This document shows positions 39,801-49,700 of a DNA stretch of 64,000 bases, in pieces. The notes beneath the pieces were generated by a model. The model ran no database searches, was not told the DNA's origin, and saw nothing but the letters and a program-made list of their open reading frames with translations. The stretch comes from a virus: the IMG/VR virus record IMGVR_UViG_3300030104_004245, positions 57,759-121,758 of that record. One strand, written 5' to 3'. The position numbers were made by a program, and so were the translations under genes. Position 1 is the stretch's first letter, and every line of letters begins with the position of its first letter.

Positions 39801-42800
39801 AAAGATTCTTCTATAACTACATCTAATGTTCTTCCAAGTTCTTTTTTAATTTGTGCCTTTGCCTCTTTAAAAGATTTTTTATTCTTTGCTGCTTCTATTA
39901 ATATTTCTTCTGCAGATTTTGCAGGCACTTCTTCAAGAAGTGTTTCTTCTTCTACAACATCAAAAGATACAAACTCACCTGTAGGTAGTTCAACCCATTC
40001 TTTTTCAGTATCTTTTGCAAGCTCAAATGTATATATATATTTATTTATTTCTTCATTAAAGAAGAAGTCTCCATATTGTTTTCTTTGTGCATATGGTATA
40101 TAACCATATATAGTATCTGTTTTATCACCTTTTCTTTTTAACCAAGAAGTATTCTTTTTTTCTACTTTATCTTTAGTAACAAACTGATTTCCTAAATCTT
40201 TTATAAATTTTTCTTTTCCGTATTGTATTATATTCTTTTTAACAACACCAACTACAAATTTTTTATTATCTAATTCTACTATTTTTTTCTCTCCTAGTTT
40301 TATTCCTATTTTTTCATAAGCTTTAATATCTCTTAAAATTATTTTTTGGCTTCCAGAAAGTATTCTTTCTTTATCAGCCGTAGATAATATAGGAGCTTTT
40401 TTAGCAGATATATCTTCTTTTGCTACAATAGACTTTCTTAATAATTCCTTTACATCAAATATTTTAAATGCATTTCCATTTGGAGTATCATTATAACCTG
40501 CTTCATCACCTGCTTTATCAGGTTGCCACATTCCGTTTGAAAAATGAGCATCAAAACTTTCCCTTAAAGAATTATAACTATCAAGTATTAATTGTTCAGC
40601 AAAATCTTTTGCTTTCTTAGTCATAACTACATCACCATCATCATTTATTTCAACAGACTTTAAAACAGGAGCTGGTTGAAAATCAACAGTATTTGCTGAC
40701 TCAGGAACATTAAGCATATAAGGAACCTCAGCATAAGTATTAGATTTATTATTTTTATCTTGATAAGGTATTAAAGTAAGATTACCACTTTTAGAATTAA
40801 AGTTCCATAGGTATTTAGAAAATAATATACCTGCTATTTCAGCTTTAGGTAAAGATCCAAACTTATAATTTTCTACAGTATCTCCAGAAATCAATTCATT
40901 TTCTTTACTTAAATGTGTTTCTCCTAATGATACACCTCCCATTCTAACAATTCTATTTCTGTTAGATTGTGTCATATGTTGGTATTCCTCCATAGCAAAA
41001 AGAGGATTATTTGCATTAATAGTAAATTGTTTTAAGTTATCTATATATGTTTGGCTATTTTGTTTAGCTATTTGACGTAAATGATAACTTCCAATTTGAT
41101 GTCTCCAAACTCTATCTCCATTTGCATTAACATAAGATGATAACGCAACTTCAGGATCTAAATATGAATTAGATTCTGCTATCTCTAACAATCTTCCAGC
41201 AGCACCATCAAAATTTGTTTCTATAACTTTTTGTTCTTCATCAAGAATAACTTCATTATTAAATAAGTTTTCATGTTTTCCGTCTATGTTTCTTTGTAAT
41301 ATATCCCAAATTATTTTCCAAGTATCTTTTAAAACAGGTTGATGGTCTTTTGCTTGTTGACTTAAAACTAAAATCTTTTGTATAGGCGTCTTCTTTGCTA
41401 AACCAGATGAAATCCAATATTGAAGTGTAATAGGTGAAAGTTTAATACCTATAGTGTCATACATTCTTTGAGAAATATCAAGAGTTTTCTTTTCTAAAAC
41501 AGATTGTGTAAAGCTTTTTTGATTATACATAGCTTGAAGGTCTTCAAATATTGCTTCAGCTTCATCATATCTTAATAGTCTGTAATTTACATCAACATTT
41601 TGTCTATATTTTTCTGCCCATTTATTTACTTGATCTATTTTTTTATCAACAGCTGTTGGATCAAAAAATTCTACCATTCCTGTAGAAGGACTTCTTAAAG
41701 CGTTTCTAACTTCAAAAGAATAAGTTTGAAGAGGTTTAACTATAGTATAGTACCATGCAGGTCTAGATAACATAGCATTGCTTACTTCAAAATCTTCATT
41801 TGCTAATTCATCTGCATTTACACCTATATCATTAAAGAATCTAGAAACAAAAGCTCTAATGTCTGGATTAGCTCTACTTTGAATATATAAATTTCTTAAC
41901 ATTGATTTGTCATCTTGAACTCCAACTAATGCATTTAATATATAATTATAAACAGCAATATGATCTACAGATTTTCTAAGTCTTTCACCGGTAGGTAAAT
42001 ATTCATTACCAAATCTATCTTTAACAGGTACAGTTGTAGAAGAAATGTATTGTCTTATTTCTTCTCTTTGATGTACATATCCACCATATTCATCAAATGA
42101 CTTACCATATTCATCAGTTGTTATTCCACCTTCTGCTTCTTTTAAGCTTCCTTCAGTATTAATAGGGTCATTAAGTTCATCATCCATTCTAGCTATTCTT
42201 TCATCTTCTGCCTCTATCATATCACTCAAAGCTTTTTGAATATCAACCAGTCCATTATCTCTTAAGCCATTATATATAGATGTAAGTTCTGGCTCTATTT
42301 TTTCAAATTTTTCTGCAGGTAATCTTTTATATCTATTATCATCAGGATTAAAGTTTTCTATACCTTTAGCAATTGCTTCATTTTTTAATGTATCATAATC
42401 AACAGGTGCTTCTGCATTTTGAACAGCTTCATTATATATACTATGAATGGTTGACATTAAAATTCTTGTATCATGTGATCCTAGAATTTTATCTTGAATC
42501 ATTTGTTTTACTTTAGTTTCACCATTTTCAAAATAAGGTATCTCAAATTTAGCACTATCATATGCAATTCTATTAGGAGCTATTATTGTTGTTCCTACAC
42601 CATTTTCTAATATATGTCTTGTGTGTGGGTTGTTTGCTATTCTTGTTGTAGAATATTTACCCATATCAATATCTCTAAATAAGATATCTACTTTATTTCC
42701 TCTAATATAGTCTATTATATTTTTAATAAGGTCTGCTAAAAATTCAAAGAAAGATCTTATAACTCCTTTTGTATATTTATCTTTTCTATTTTCAGAAAAC

Positions 42801-45800
42801 TTATCAAACATTTGAGCAAGTGTTTCTTCATATAATTCTTTTTTCAATTCCTCAGTAGTCATTTTATAATACTTAGGAGATGAATTTTTCAAACTTTCTA
42901 ATGCTTCTTTTACAGAATTAACAGTTTTATAATTACCTTTTGCATCTATTACTTGAATCCCTTCTTTATTTCTTATTTTAGAATTAATTATTTTTTTAGC
43001 TTCATTGTAATAAGAAGTTTGTTCAGCTTCTGGTAACAACGCTCTAAATACAATATGAAATGGTTCATGACGTTTTTGAGGTGATTCAGGTGCTATAAGT
43101 ATTTTTCCAGGAACATCTTTAGAAAGCATTTCAAAACTCATTTGCATAAGTCCTGCTGTATATCCTGAGCCAATCATATTATTTTGCAATGTATTCCAGG
43201 ATACTGTTTCTACTGTTGCTTGAGGAAGAACTCTTTTCATGTAATCAACAAAAGACTTAACATCTTCTATATCATTCCATGTAAAATTTTTACCAATAAA
43301 ATTAGGAGTAGATGTATCAGTTGGATTGTTTATATCCATCTTTGCTTGATCTAATCTCTTTTTAAAATCTTTTATTTTATTTGCTATAACAGGATTTCTT
43401 TTTTCTCTTATAAGACTTCCGTTAGCTTTTATATTTTCATCAGGTGTAAAATCTTGTTTAGATTTATTAAATGTTTTTTCCCATTTAGAATAAACTTTAT
43501 CTGCTACTTCTTTTAAATATGTTTTATATTCTTGCTCAATTGCTTCATATCTTTTTAAAGGTTCTGGATTAGTAACTCTAAATGATCTATCACCTTCAAC
43601 TTCTAAAACAAGTGTATTAACATCTTCTTTTCTTGCATTAAATATTGATGTTTCATGTGGTTCTAATTTTATTCCATCAACTATTTTTATAGCAATACCT
43701 TTTAATTGTTTATCTGTTATTGTTGTAAAATTAGGATCTTCTATAAATGCTTCAGCTGCATCATCTTGTGAAGTAATTTCTGCTTCTTCCTCTATACCTT
43801 CATCCATAGAAATACTTTCAGCTCTTTTTGATATATCATCATCTAAAGCAACTGCATTATCAATTATAGAATCTATATTTTCTTTTTCAATTGTTTCTTG
43901 AGAGCTTTCTTCAAAAGTAATTACTAACTTTTGATTTTTAATTACTTCAGGACTAGCTCCTACTGAAAGACTTTCTAAATCACTATCTCCTTCTTCAGGA
44001 TCTAAATTTAATACAGTTGGTAAATGATTTCTAAAATTTTCTATTCCAAGATGTGATCCAAAATCTTCCCAGCTTTTATTTTCTTTTATAGATGCTACTC
44101 TTTTTAAATTATTAGCTTGATCTAATCTTGTATTAAATAAAGCTAATGCATTTTCTGCAAAGTTTCCTTCTTTCTGTTTTAAAGTGTTTATATCTCCACG
44201 AGATAAAATTGTTTTGTAACCTATTTCAGGACGCAACCTATCTTTAAATTTCATTAATAATTGCCCATCATTAGTAACTTGAAGATCAATTAAACTACCT
44301 GGAACATTAGCAATATAAAAATCATCACTAAACTGATCATTCCATTCTGTATTATATGCTTTACTTTTTATTTGATTTTCTACTACGTTTTCTTCTAATG
44401 TTTTGTCTGCTCTTTCTAATGCTTTATTAAATATATCATTTACTTCATTAGCAGTTTTAGGGCCACCTTTTAATTCTATGAAGATATATTTATTCATAGG
44501 TGTTTTAACAACTAAACTATATCTTCCTAATTTTCCAGGAACAACTCTTCCGTTTCTTTCTATAACGCTAAATCCTTTTTCTGCATTAGCTCTTAAAGAG
44601 TTTTCTATTTCTCCTCTTACTTCTCTAAATCTATCAAGTTGTTCAGAATTATAATTATGATGATAATCAATAGTAATACTACTATCTCCATCATTATCCC
44701 AATAAGTTTTCTTTTCTATTATAATATATTTGTTTTCATCTTCAAATTTATCTGCCCACTTAAATTCTAAACTTTGCCAATTGTATACTCCTTTTTTGAC
44801 ATCTTCTAATCTGTAAGTCAATTGCCCTGGTGATACAGATAAATTAAAACCTTTTAGTTTATCATCATTTACAGCTAATGTAATATTTTCTCCAGGCTTT
44901 AAGTCAAGATCTTGAAAAAGCTCGTTTACTTTTTCAGCTTGCTTATAATTGTCTATTACATCTAAATATGTTTTACCATCAGGAAGTATAAACATTTTAT
45001 CTACTAGTTCTGGAGTTAAGTCTTTAGCTTCTATAACTGAACCAGTATCATCAGGATTAGATAATAATTTTATAGAGTTTAATCCTTGTAATCTAGCAAC
45101 TGGTTTATTATTTGATAGTAAAGTAACTATGGTATCCGTATAACCTCTTCTTAAATAAGGGTTTTGTTCACTAGCTGTAAATCCAAAAGCTGCTCCTATT
45201 GTTTTATCTTCTTCATTTAACTTGGGTTTGTATATGTTTATTGTTAGATTGCTTACACCTTCTGGTGTTAATTTTCTAACCCATGTATCAAATAAATCTC
45301 TAGATTTTTTTTGAGCCTTTAAATATGCATCATTATTTGTAAATTTACTTTCAGTATAAAATGGATCTTGTTTTTTTAAATCTCTATGTCCTGGAAAAAA
45401 TCCATAGAATTGTATTGGTTCACTTATTCTTAATTTACTTACCTTTCTTTCAGGTTCATTAATTTTTACACTCTTTGGATTAAACTTTTTAAATCCTTGA
45501 TCTTTAAAGTCTTGTAAATCTTTAAACCAAACCCATTCACTTTCATTTTGTAAATCACTTGCTAAACCTGCTAAAAGACTTTTATTATCTTTAATAGTAG
45601 CTGGAGTTGATAATACTTGATAAGCTCTTCCTTTTTTATCATATATCTCTTCTCCTTTAGTTAATTCTAATACACCTCCTTTTTTTTCTTGTCCTTTTTG
45701 CATAGGTGTTGAAAGTAAAACTTCACGGTTAATGTGTCTTTGCAACGCTTGAGCAACATTTTTTGCTTCATTTGAATCAGTGTATTCTTTTTGTAACGGT

Positions 45801-48800
45801 AGAGTAGTATTACCTTTTTTAATAACATTTCTATAGTCATCATATATGTTTATAGGATTACCTGCTCCAACTTTTATCATAACTTTGTATCCTTCAAAAT
45901 CTTCTGTTACATCTCCTTGACGTATTTTTCCTGATATCTTATATATATAAACAGTTTTTTCAGGATCGTTTGTAGTAAGTGTGTCAAACAAATTTTGATT
46001 TTTAGAAAGCTTTCTTTCTTCTCCTATTTTTTTATTTGTTATTTCATTATAAGCAAGTTGATAATTTTTACCATTAGATTCTATATTCTTAATAACATCT
46101 TTTATTTCTACATTTTTATCTTTTATTTCTCCTAATAACCAACTATCAAAATCTACAGGTTTAATTTCTTGCCTAGATAACAAACTATCATATATTAATT
46201 TTAATCTATGTCTTGCTCTTAATATAGCACCACCTCTTCCATTTTTTATATACTCTTCTCTATTTTGTTTACCATTTCTACTTTTATATTGTTTCCAATT
46301 AGTTTCTATAACCTCTTGAGTTTTTAAATCTTTTTGATAAAAATTTTGTAAATCTTTTAAATCTTCAGAATATGTTTCTTTTTTAACTTCTTTTTGCTCA
46401 GGTACTTTTCTTTCTTCTTTAGCTTCTTCTTGTGCTTTTATTTTTCTCATATATCCAGAAAGCATGTTAGATAGAAATTCAAACTTAGCGTTATTTGTTT
46501 GCTCACCTATTTGACCATTCTCATCATACCAAGCAATATCTGTAGGCATAAGTGTATCTGATTCTAAAAATTCTAATATATCTGATTTTTCTCCGTATAT
46601 ATCTTTATCAGCTAAAAGTTTTATAAATGTAACTTTATCATTTTGATCAATAAATTTTCTTATTAGTTGTGGTGTTGCATTTTTAGACTCTTGCCATACA
46701 TTACGTAATACACCTGCTATTCTTTCTTGATAGCTTTTTAAGTATCCAGGATCTTCTAAAACTCTTGCTGCAGAATTAAATTTTTCTGCTCTTACTCTTA
46801 ACCAATTATTATCAATTATTGTTTCTATGAAGTTATCTATATTATCATAGTTTATAAAGTCATCATTATATCTAGCTAAATACTTTAAATAATTTTCTAT
46901 AGGTTGCTTAAGCAAATGTTTTTTACTTTTATCAAATACTCCTGAAAGTTTACCATCTTCTTCTTTTAACTGATTTTTATCATTATATAAAACATCTTTA
47001 ATCTTTGTTAAAAGTTTTAATCTTTGAAGTTTATCTTTTTGTGCAGCTATTAATTCTGGTGTATCTGCTTCTTGTTGAGCTTGTACTCCTAGTAAATTTA
47101 TCTCTTGATCTAAATCACTCCTTGTAAGTAAAGGTAATACATCTCTTTCAGTAGCTTTACTTACAGGTTTTTCATTTGCTGTAATATCTTTAATTGTAGA
47201 ATCTATTCTTTTAATTGCGTTTTCAAACATGTCTTCTACAAATAATTTCATTTGCATTGCATGTTCATGAGCCCAATACCTTTCTACTTCTCTTTCATAT
47301 TCTGGAGTTCCTTTTTTAAACTTTTTAGGATTATTTGGATTTGGATTTTTATCCTGTTGTTTTTCTATCTTTAACTTTAATCTATCTAAGTATTCAATAG
47401 TTTCACCTAATCTTTCTTTCATTTTTTCTGGAGAATCATCAACTTCTTTAAATGATGCTTTTAATTCATCATTATCCATTTTTTGAAGATCTTGTAACCA
47501 ACTTTTTACATCACCATACTTATTTAAAGTAATAGCATTAGAAAGACCTGTGTATAGCTTCATGTGTTTTTCATCATAAAAGATAAATTTATCTCCAGCC
47601 TTTTGTGCCATATATTGATTTTGATCATGCATCTGCATAGCAGTTGCTCTAATTCTACTAGGATCTAACATTACAAAAGGATCACTAGTTAAGTCATTTA
47701 ATGATTCTTCATACTTATCAACCATTTCATGAACCTTAGCTTCTCTTTTTTTCCATTCTTTTTTATTAGCAAATCTTTGGTATAGTTGAGGAGTTAACTC
47801 CATTGTAAGATATGAATAAGGTCTAACCAATCCCCCCATCATAAAACCAGACATAAATACATGAAACCCTTCTTTAGTCATCATGGAATTTATACCTTCT
47901 TTTACAGCTGCTTTCTTTAAGTTTTTTCTACCTTCTTCAAATGCAGATTCTGAAAAACCAGTATTCATTAATTGTGCTATATGAGAATTACTTTTATATA
48001 AGTCTGTGTAATATTTATGAACCCAATGTGATGTTGCTTCTTGAGATACTTCTTGTAAACCTTCAGCTATATTACCACTTAAAAATAAAAGACTTCTTCC
48101 AGTTAAATATCTTGCTCCACCTTTAAATCCCATTTTATAAGCTCTTCTAAGAAGATTATCTTTTGACCCTTCAAAGATTTGTTTTACTGAATTTTTATTT
48201 CTAAATATTCTATTAGCATAACTATCTAGCGTTTCATTCATCATTCTTCCTAAAGGCTTGAATCCTCTAAGAGCTCCATCTAATAATAATCTATTACTTG
48301 CTAGTATAATAGGAAAGTTATTCCAAGTTGTTCTAGCACCTGCTTGTAAAGCATGACTTGATATTTCTTCTAGTTCTGATTGTGAAGGTGCATCTCCTCC
48401 ATTCATTTGTTTTTGATAAGAGTAAAGATCGTTATATACATCATTTTCAACTAATGATCCTTCCATTTTAGATTCAGATAAAGCTAAATTTAAAGCTCTA
48501 AAATCTCTATACAAACTAGCAGCACCATATTTAAGTTTTGACATATTAGTTAAAGCTTTTGTAGTACCTCTAGTACTTGCAAAATGCTTCATAGCATATA
48601 AAGTTTCAGGAGCAAATGCAAAACCAAAAGCATTCAAACCTCCTTGTCCAGCTCTTCCAGCCATTCTTGTAGCACCTCTTCCCATAGCACCTATAGCTCT
48701 AATTGCTTTAAAGTTATTCATATTATTCATTAACTTTCTAGCAGGACCTGTTGTAGTTCTCCACGCTTTTCCTAATCTACTTAATTTTCTAACTTGATTT

Positions 48801-49687
48801 GCCTGAACTGCAGGAGCTGCTACTGAAGCATATCCACCAGTAAGACCTATTGCAGCTGCTAATGCTAGTTCTTCTAATACTATATTTGTTATAATGCCAA
48901 ATGTATATGCGCTATTTAAAGCTAAGTCATTCCAAAATTGTGTAGAACCACCTCTTTGTGATCCTCCAATTCTCATAGCTTCTCTCATGGCATACCCTCC
49001 TTCATAGTCTGATTCAGAAACTCTATTACCAAATATATCAGAATAAGATCTATAACTTGATGTCAATGCAGGACCAAACATATTTTTAAATTGCCCCCAA
49101 GATCTTGACCAATCATCCCAACCTGTAGAGTTTCTATTATAATAACTTTCATTATCTATAAAAGGATGAAACCCTAATTTATCATATGCTTCATGTAAAT
49201 AATATCTATCTAAATTAGTTTGTTTTACACCAAATGGTATAGGTTCTTGATATAAAGCTTCTTGGGGATCTAAAGGTTTCCTTATATTAGTTCTAGTATC
49301 TGCTGTTGCTAAAGCTTTTCTTTGACCTTCTGGTGTACTTAAATCAAAATCTTTAGTTGCATCTTCATAAGGATTAAAATTAGCAGTAGAATTTTCTGGA
49401 CGCTCTCCAAAGCTAAAACCGCCATCTACAGCAAAAGGTTGTATTGAACTAGCATTAAAATCAATCATTGTTTTTAATACTTGATTTGGTTCACCTGTTT
49501 GTTGTAGAGATATATCTATATCATTTTGAATTTGACCCCAATCTATATTAATTGATCCTCCAGGTGTATTATTAATTGGAGTAATAGGATTTTCAACTAA
49601 ATCTTCTGTACCAATTTGATCTACACTTTGATTAGGCATAGTTTCATTAGCTTCAGTAAGTGATGATATATTAAGTTCTTCAGCCAT
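33809..49687 (-). CDS. Giant virion protein containing crAss-like two-barrel RNA polymerase and a zincin-like HExxH domain (5292 aa)
   Basis: AIRIPTQDKHS...ISGSDFDIDK (DFDID at 37844-37858) matches the crAss-like virion RNAP catalytic loop; RHEPFH (43055-43069) with downstream EETLA; hydrophobic Gly/Ala-rich N-terminal region. Confidence 0.88.
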   Translation of the reverse strand: MAEELNISSLTEANETMPNQSVDQIGTEDLVENPITPINNTPGGSINIDWGQIQNDIDISLQQTGEPNQVLKTMIDFNASSIQPFAVDGGFSFGERPENSTANFNPYEDATKDFDLSTPEGQRKALATADTRTNIRKPLDPQEALYQEPIPFGVKQTNLDRYYLHEAYDKLGFHPFIDNESYYNRNSTGWDDWSRSWGQFKNMFGPALTSSYRSYSDIFGNRVSESDYEGGYAMREAMRIGGSQRGGSTQFWNDLALNSAYTFGIITNIVLEELALAAAIGLTGGYASVAAPAVQANQVRKLSRLGKAWRTTTGPARKLMNNMNNFKAIRAIGAMGRGATRMAGRAGQGGLNAFGFAFAPETLYAMKHFASTRGTTKALTNMSKLKYGAASLYRDFRALNLALSESKMEGSLVENDVYNDLYSYQKQMNGGDAPSQSELEEISSHALQAGARTTWNNFPIILASNRLLLDGALRGFKPLGRMMNETLDSYANRIFRNKNSVKQIFEGSKDNLLRRAYKMGFKGGARYLTGRSLLFLSGNIAEGLQEVSQEATSHWVHKYYTDLYKSNSHIAQLMNTGFSESAFEEGRKNLKKAAVKEGINSMMTKEGFHVFMSGFMMGGLVRPYSYLTMELTPQLYQRFANKKEWKKREAKVHEMVDKYEESLNDLTSDPFVMLDPSRIRATAMQMHDQNQYMAQKAGDKFIFYDEKHMKLYTGLSNAITLNKYGDVKSWLQDLQKMDNDELKASFKEVDDSPEKMKERLGETIEYLDRLKLKIEKQQDKNPNPNNPKKFKKGTPEYEREVERYWAHEHAMQMKLFVEDMFENAIKRIDSTIKDITANEKPVSKATERDVLPLLTRSDLDQEINLLGVQAQQEADTPELIAAQKDKLQRLKLLTKIKDVLYNDKNQLKEEDGKLSGVFDKSKKHLLKQPIENYLKYLARYNDDFINYDNIDNFIETIIDNNWLRVRAEKFNSAARVLEDPGYLKSYQERIAGVLRNVWQESKNATPQLIRKFIDQNDKVTFIKLLADKDIYGEKSDILEFLESDTLMPTDIAWYDENGQIGEQTNNAKFEFLSNMLSGYMRKIKAQEEAKEERKVPEQKEVKKETYSEDLKDLQNFYQKDLKTQEVIETNWKQYKSRNGKQNREEYIKNGRGGAILRARHRLKLIYDSLLSRQEIKPVDFDSWLLGEIKDKNVEIKDVIKNIESNGKNYQLAYNEITNKKIGEERKLSKNQNLFDTLTTNDPEKTVYIYKISGKIRQGDVTEDFEGYKVMIKVGAGNPINIYDDYRNVIKKGNTTLPLQKEYTDSNEAKNVAQALQRHINREVLLSTPMQKGQEKKGGVLELTKGEEIYDKKGRAYQVLSTPATIKDNKSLLAGLASDLQNESEWVWFKDLQDFKDQGFKKFNPKSVKINEPERKVSKLRISEPIQFYGFFPGHRDLKKQDPFYTESKFTNNDAYLKAQKKSRDLFDTWVRKLTPEGVSNLTINIYKPKLNEEDKTIGAAFGFTASEQNPYLRRGYTDTIVTLLSNNKPVARLQGLNSIKLLSNPDDTGSVIEAKDLTPELVDKMFILPDGKTYLDVIDNYKQAEKVNELFQDLDLKPGENITLAVNDDKLKGFNLSVSPGQLTYRLEDVKKGVYNWQSLEFKWADKFEDENKYIIIEKKTYWDNDGDSSITIDYHHNYNSEQLDRFREVRGEIENSLRANAEKGFSVIERNGRVVPGKLGRYSLVVKTPMNKYIFIELKGGPKTANEVNDIFNKALERADKTLEENVVENQIKSKAYNTEWNDQFSDDFYIANVPGSLIDLQVTNDGQLLMKFKDRLRPEIGYKTILSRGDINTLKQKEGNFAENALALFNTRLDQANNLKRVASIKENKSWEDFGSHLGIENFRNHLPTVLNLDPEEGDSDLESLSVGASPEVIKNQKLVITFEESSQETIEKENIDSIIDNAVALDDDISKRAESISMDEGIEEEAEITSQDDAAEAFIEDPNFTTITDKQLKGIAIKIVDGIKLEPHETSIFNARKEDVNTLVLEVEGDRSFRVTNPEPLKRYEAIEQEYKTYLKEVADKVYSKWEKTFNKSKQDFTPDENIKANGSLIREKRNPVIANKIKDFKKRLDQAKMDINNPTDTSTPNFIGKNFTWNDIEDVKSFVDYMKRVLPQATVETVSWNTLQNNMIGSGYTAGLMQMSFEMLSKDVPGKILIAPESPQKRHEPFHIVFRALLPEAEQTSYYNEAKKIINSKIRNKEGIQVIDAKGNYKTVNSVKEALESLKNSSPKYYKMTTEELKKELYEETLAQMFDKFSENRKDKYTKGVIRSFFEFLADLIKNIIDYIRGNKVDILFRDIDMGKYSTTRIANNPHTRHILENGVGTTIIAPNRIAYDSAKFEIPYFENGETKVKQMIQDKILGSHDTRILMSTIHSIYNEAVQNAEAPVDYDTLKNEAIAKGIENFNPDDNRYKRLPAEKFEKIEPELTSIYNGLRDNGLVDIQKALSDMIEAEDERIARMDDELNDPINTEGSLKEAEGGITTDEYGKSFDEYGGYVHQREEIRQYISSTTVPVKDRFGNEYLPTGERLRKSVDHIAVYNYILNALVGVQDDKSMLRNLYIQSRANPDIRAFVSRFFNDIGVNADELANEDFEVSNAMLSRPAWYYTIVKPLQTYSFEVRNALRSPSTGMVEFFDPTAVDKKIDQVNKWAEKYRQNVDVNYRLLRYDEAEAIFEDLQAMYNQKSFTQSVLEKKTLDISQRMYDTIGIKLSPITLQYWISSGLAKKTPIQKILVLSQQAKDHQPVLKDTWKIIWDILQRNIDGKHENLFNNEVILDEEQKVIETNFDGAAGRLLEIAESNSYLDPEVALSSYVNANGDRVWRHQIGSYHLRQIAKQNSQTYIDNLKQFTINANNPLFAMEEYQHMTQSNRNRIVRMGGVSLGETHLSKENELISGDTVENYKFGSLPKAEIAGILFSKYLWNFNSKSGNLTLIPYQDKNNKSNTYAEVPYMLNVPESANTVDFQPAPVLKSVEINDDGDVVMTKKAKDFAEQLILDSYNSLRESFDAHFSNGMWQPDKAGDEAGYNDTPNGNAFKIFDVKELLRKSIVAKEDISAKKAPILSTADKERILSGSQKIILRDIKAYEKIGIKLGEKKIVELDNKKFVVGVVKKNIIQYGKEKFIKDLGNQFVTKDKVEKKNTSWLKRKGDKTDTIYGYIPYAQRKQYGDFFFNEEINKYIYTFELAKDTEKEWVELPTGEFVSFDVVEEETLLEEVPAKSAEEILIEAAKNKKSFKEAKAQIKKELGRTLDVVIEESLESGYEDLYSYLLENNMLDRINARLKDNLTNHGKEQNNKGLDLAMSKLNLNDNPQYNYRQIVFSERLMGIALNRTLEEQRQERLYGDPIKDPIKRGKSKVAGFENAGAEFTDKNATIDQGVNAPVKKVHMFAWNDEMYTKKYIVDQKLTKEGKIEEQSAERGDAGTWMTPKAFEATWYAMGYRTPVVKKMMEKVRKGEDINLTEFLGTVTKKQGLKHLGAMINAKKYVYRGSDGIMIKTASFILSRQLTSKWDKKNKSWVAKPQMVRLHNLLEKLEAQEAKYPDAVAMVVPRSALKTIKPKLLDVKNVFDNVELNEDQYTELDASWLGLQVRNPGGKTEIVDPRQIKALIDSEQSDDVKVWVGSEDPIAYKVGDIRGAYQKTTANRILAGYLGKKNLTFSQVVNEIEKSKHADQLTPKLTAFIKYARISLAASQAKSHMLEMFDVDEQGNPKFNLNNPEAMGDFLKFTLNFFTKGVTAERQPGVAAALMPDEGRIIRVFDKNSIDKDGIAILGKAKIMRMDEWDKKFDEGTAPALKDMTNVSMLPNDYQVSPGEIVLDRLRANIEEYDEKGKKLDRKYMESMMAAHHSSAINIKPEDPLPSVFSKAFAIRIPTQDKHSAANIKIVDFLPPMYSSTIMTAYELIEISGSDFDIDKIYAQMSDFYYDELGFHRYGDATKEKDKYYDYMRYMFGNTKNKKHDMHYAIQTWKSNKMAQKEEEVKPVYTSGELEKMWFVWAATKQWSPRAKQYIKRFDLEDFNEERSKREYANAKGFWYNREEKAFEDYYEHVIIPDENYTREEILKYMEDDSMIQGSLEILNLPKNFKEYKEWKKNRKESIGQIDNTPEPYKAALDNKILDLKYALLGNKGITEVQEGRTVPIAYEPAVNTPFDIAWEKISNAFPSIKEIVKEEGLDINDILGKILSWDANHIAINSIGAIALSNISFNTLGKFNISVHKNQSPLNFNNYKFKGAVFNNRYSINPDTGKIDKTGYRTQYLVSALVSVIVDNAKDRLAHKHNLNKKALGLVGTLIAMGVDIDTSLLMVQQPSIRVAYRAGYTDKASFYDPGTTKLVEERIKSLLNANMPENASEKRKKALKKARTNEMENTSVLLSNLQEQIDLNLYELSDITEKENAEALIRRELAILNQWMIADEFAEAIRNLSTMLSLTAGTGTNQADINKFTEAAEYLGVEMNDKEMSKHKIPFDVRPIFKYKSKEGFSNMYHMYWDIFNDINDNVLPALHLAFTDTFKDIQNKINSQLYVYDKEEFIDKNSKDIVSYLMIKAYKNYLDTQQTNGAMVKASLNNGLIYDQVGGYKAIEAYDKITKYLNENNKKNTFIDGLFVKTRSNRSNKTGLDLLEFNSFAEVHDDYLQDMQRDLLLLFEDPHTMQDAQALVNYSIVKDGMQFSRGSFMQAILPILYRDIIDANTGVLETVHQLFKSTAQTDAAFENVFGKGMTKKALIEDLTVGFYKHINTQKYIKPLIGSKYNSQTERKEYFVSYENVVPSQLKDENIEVVKGKGNWDNILPSINTGKKLHVFEGVSTGEHRLEKVLGDKLTGDIIQIPVMFEKGRYWSDDSLNDNKDFFDTIINDIVRYGKDVVFYTEGPYVNRLKSVKEQSPKTYAYLRNKLIYAFGWDIETRQRETEKAGRQFLGEQEPIVYDAKNNYQNASEDEYKLAELEINILKNIKGNDSIGYVPKKDQYKKLKRLEIENQERINDNIEKILKAQSSNKPIFSSTNVIAPGSKGTQSVKLIGAPIVFKLDIPKKYTESGEYRRKTFILAEIDTPLGINMNNIYDIDNEEIKKRGGNIFGTRFKYIEYKPVGSTSTFSTSHVLDGQLPAYEEIKKYIDSLKKDGTMNEFESLEDKANRLSMDEADDEATWDDANDSSENDLTTTDPENVDESVQSLSMDEVGDEMDYDDDAEDIFYEEEDIVDDKMITDFFNEQLKNLSTENIENIKGNLGIKKVTLKELKEGFDRYIEIYNEMDLEDFMKEIKKKCK

Positions 49688-49700
49688 TTGTTAGTTTTTA

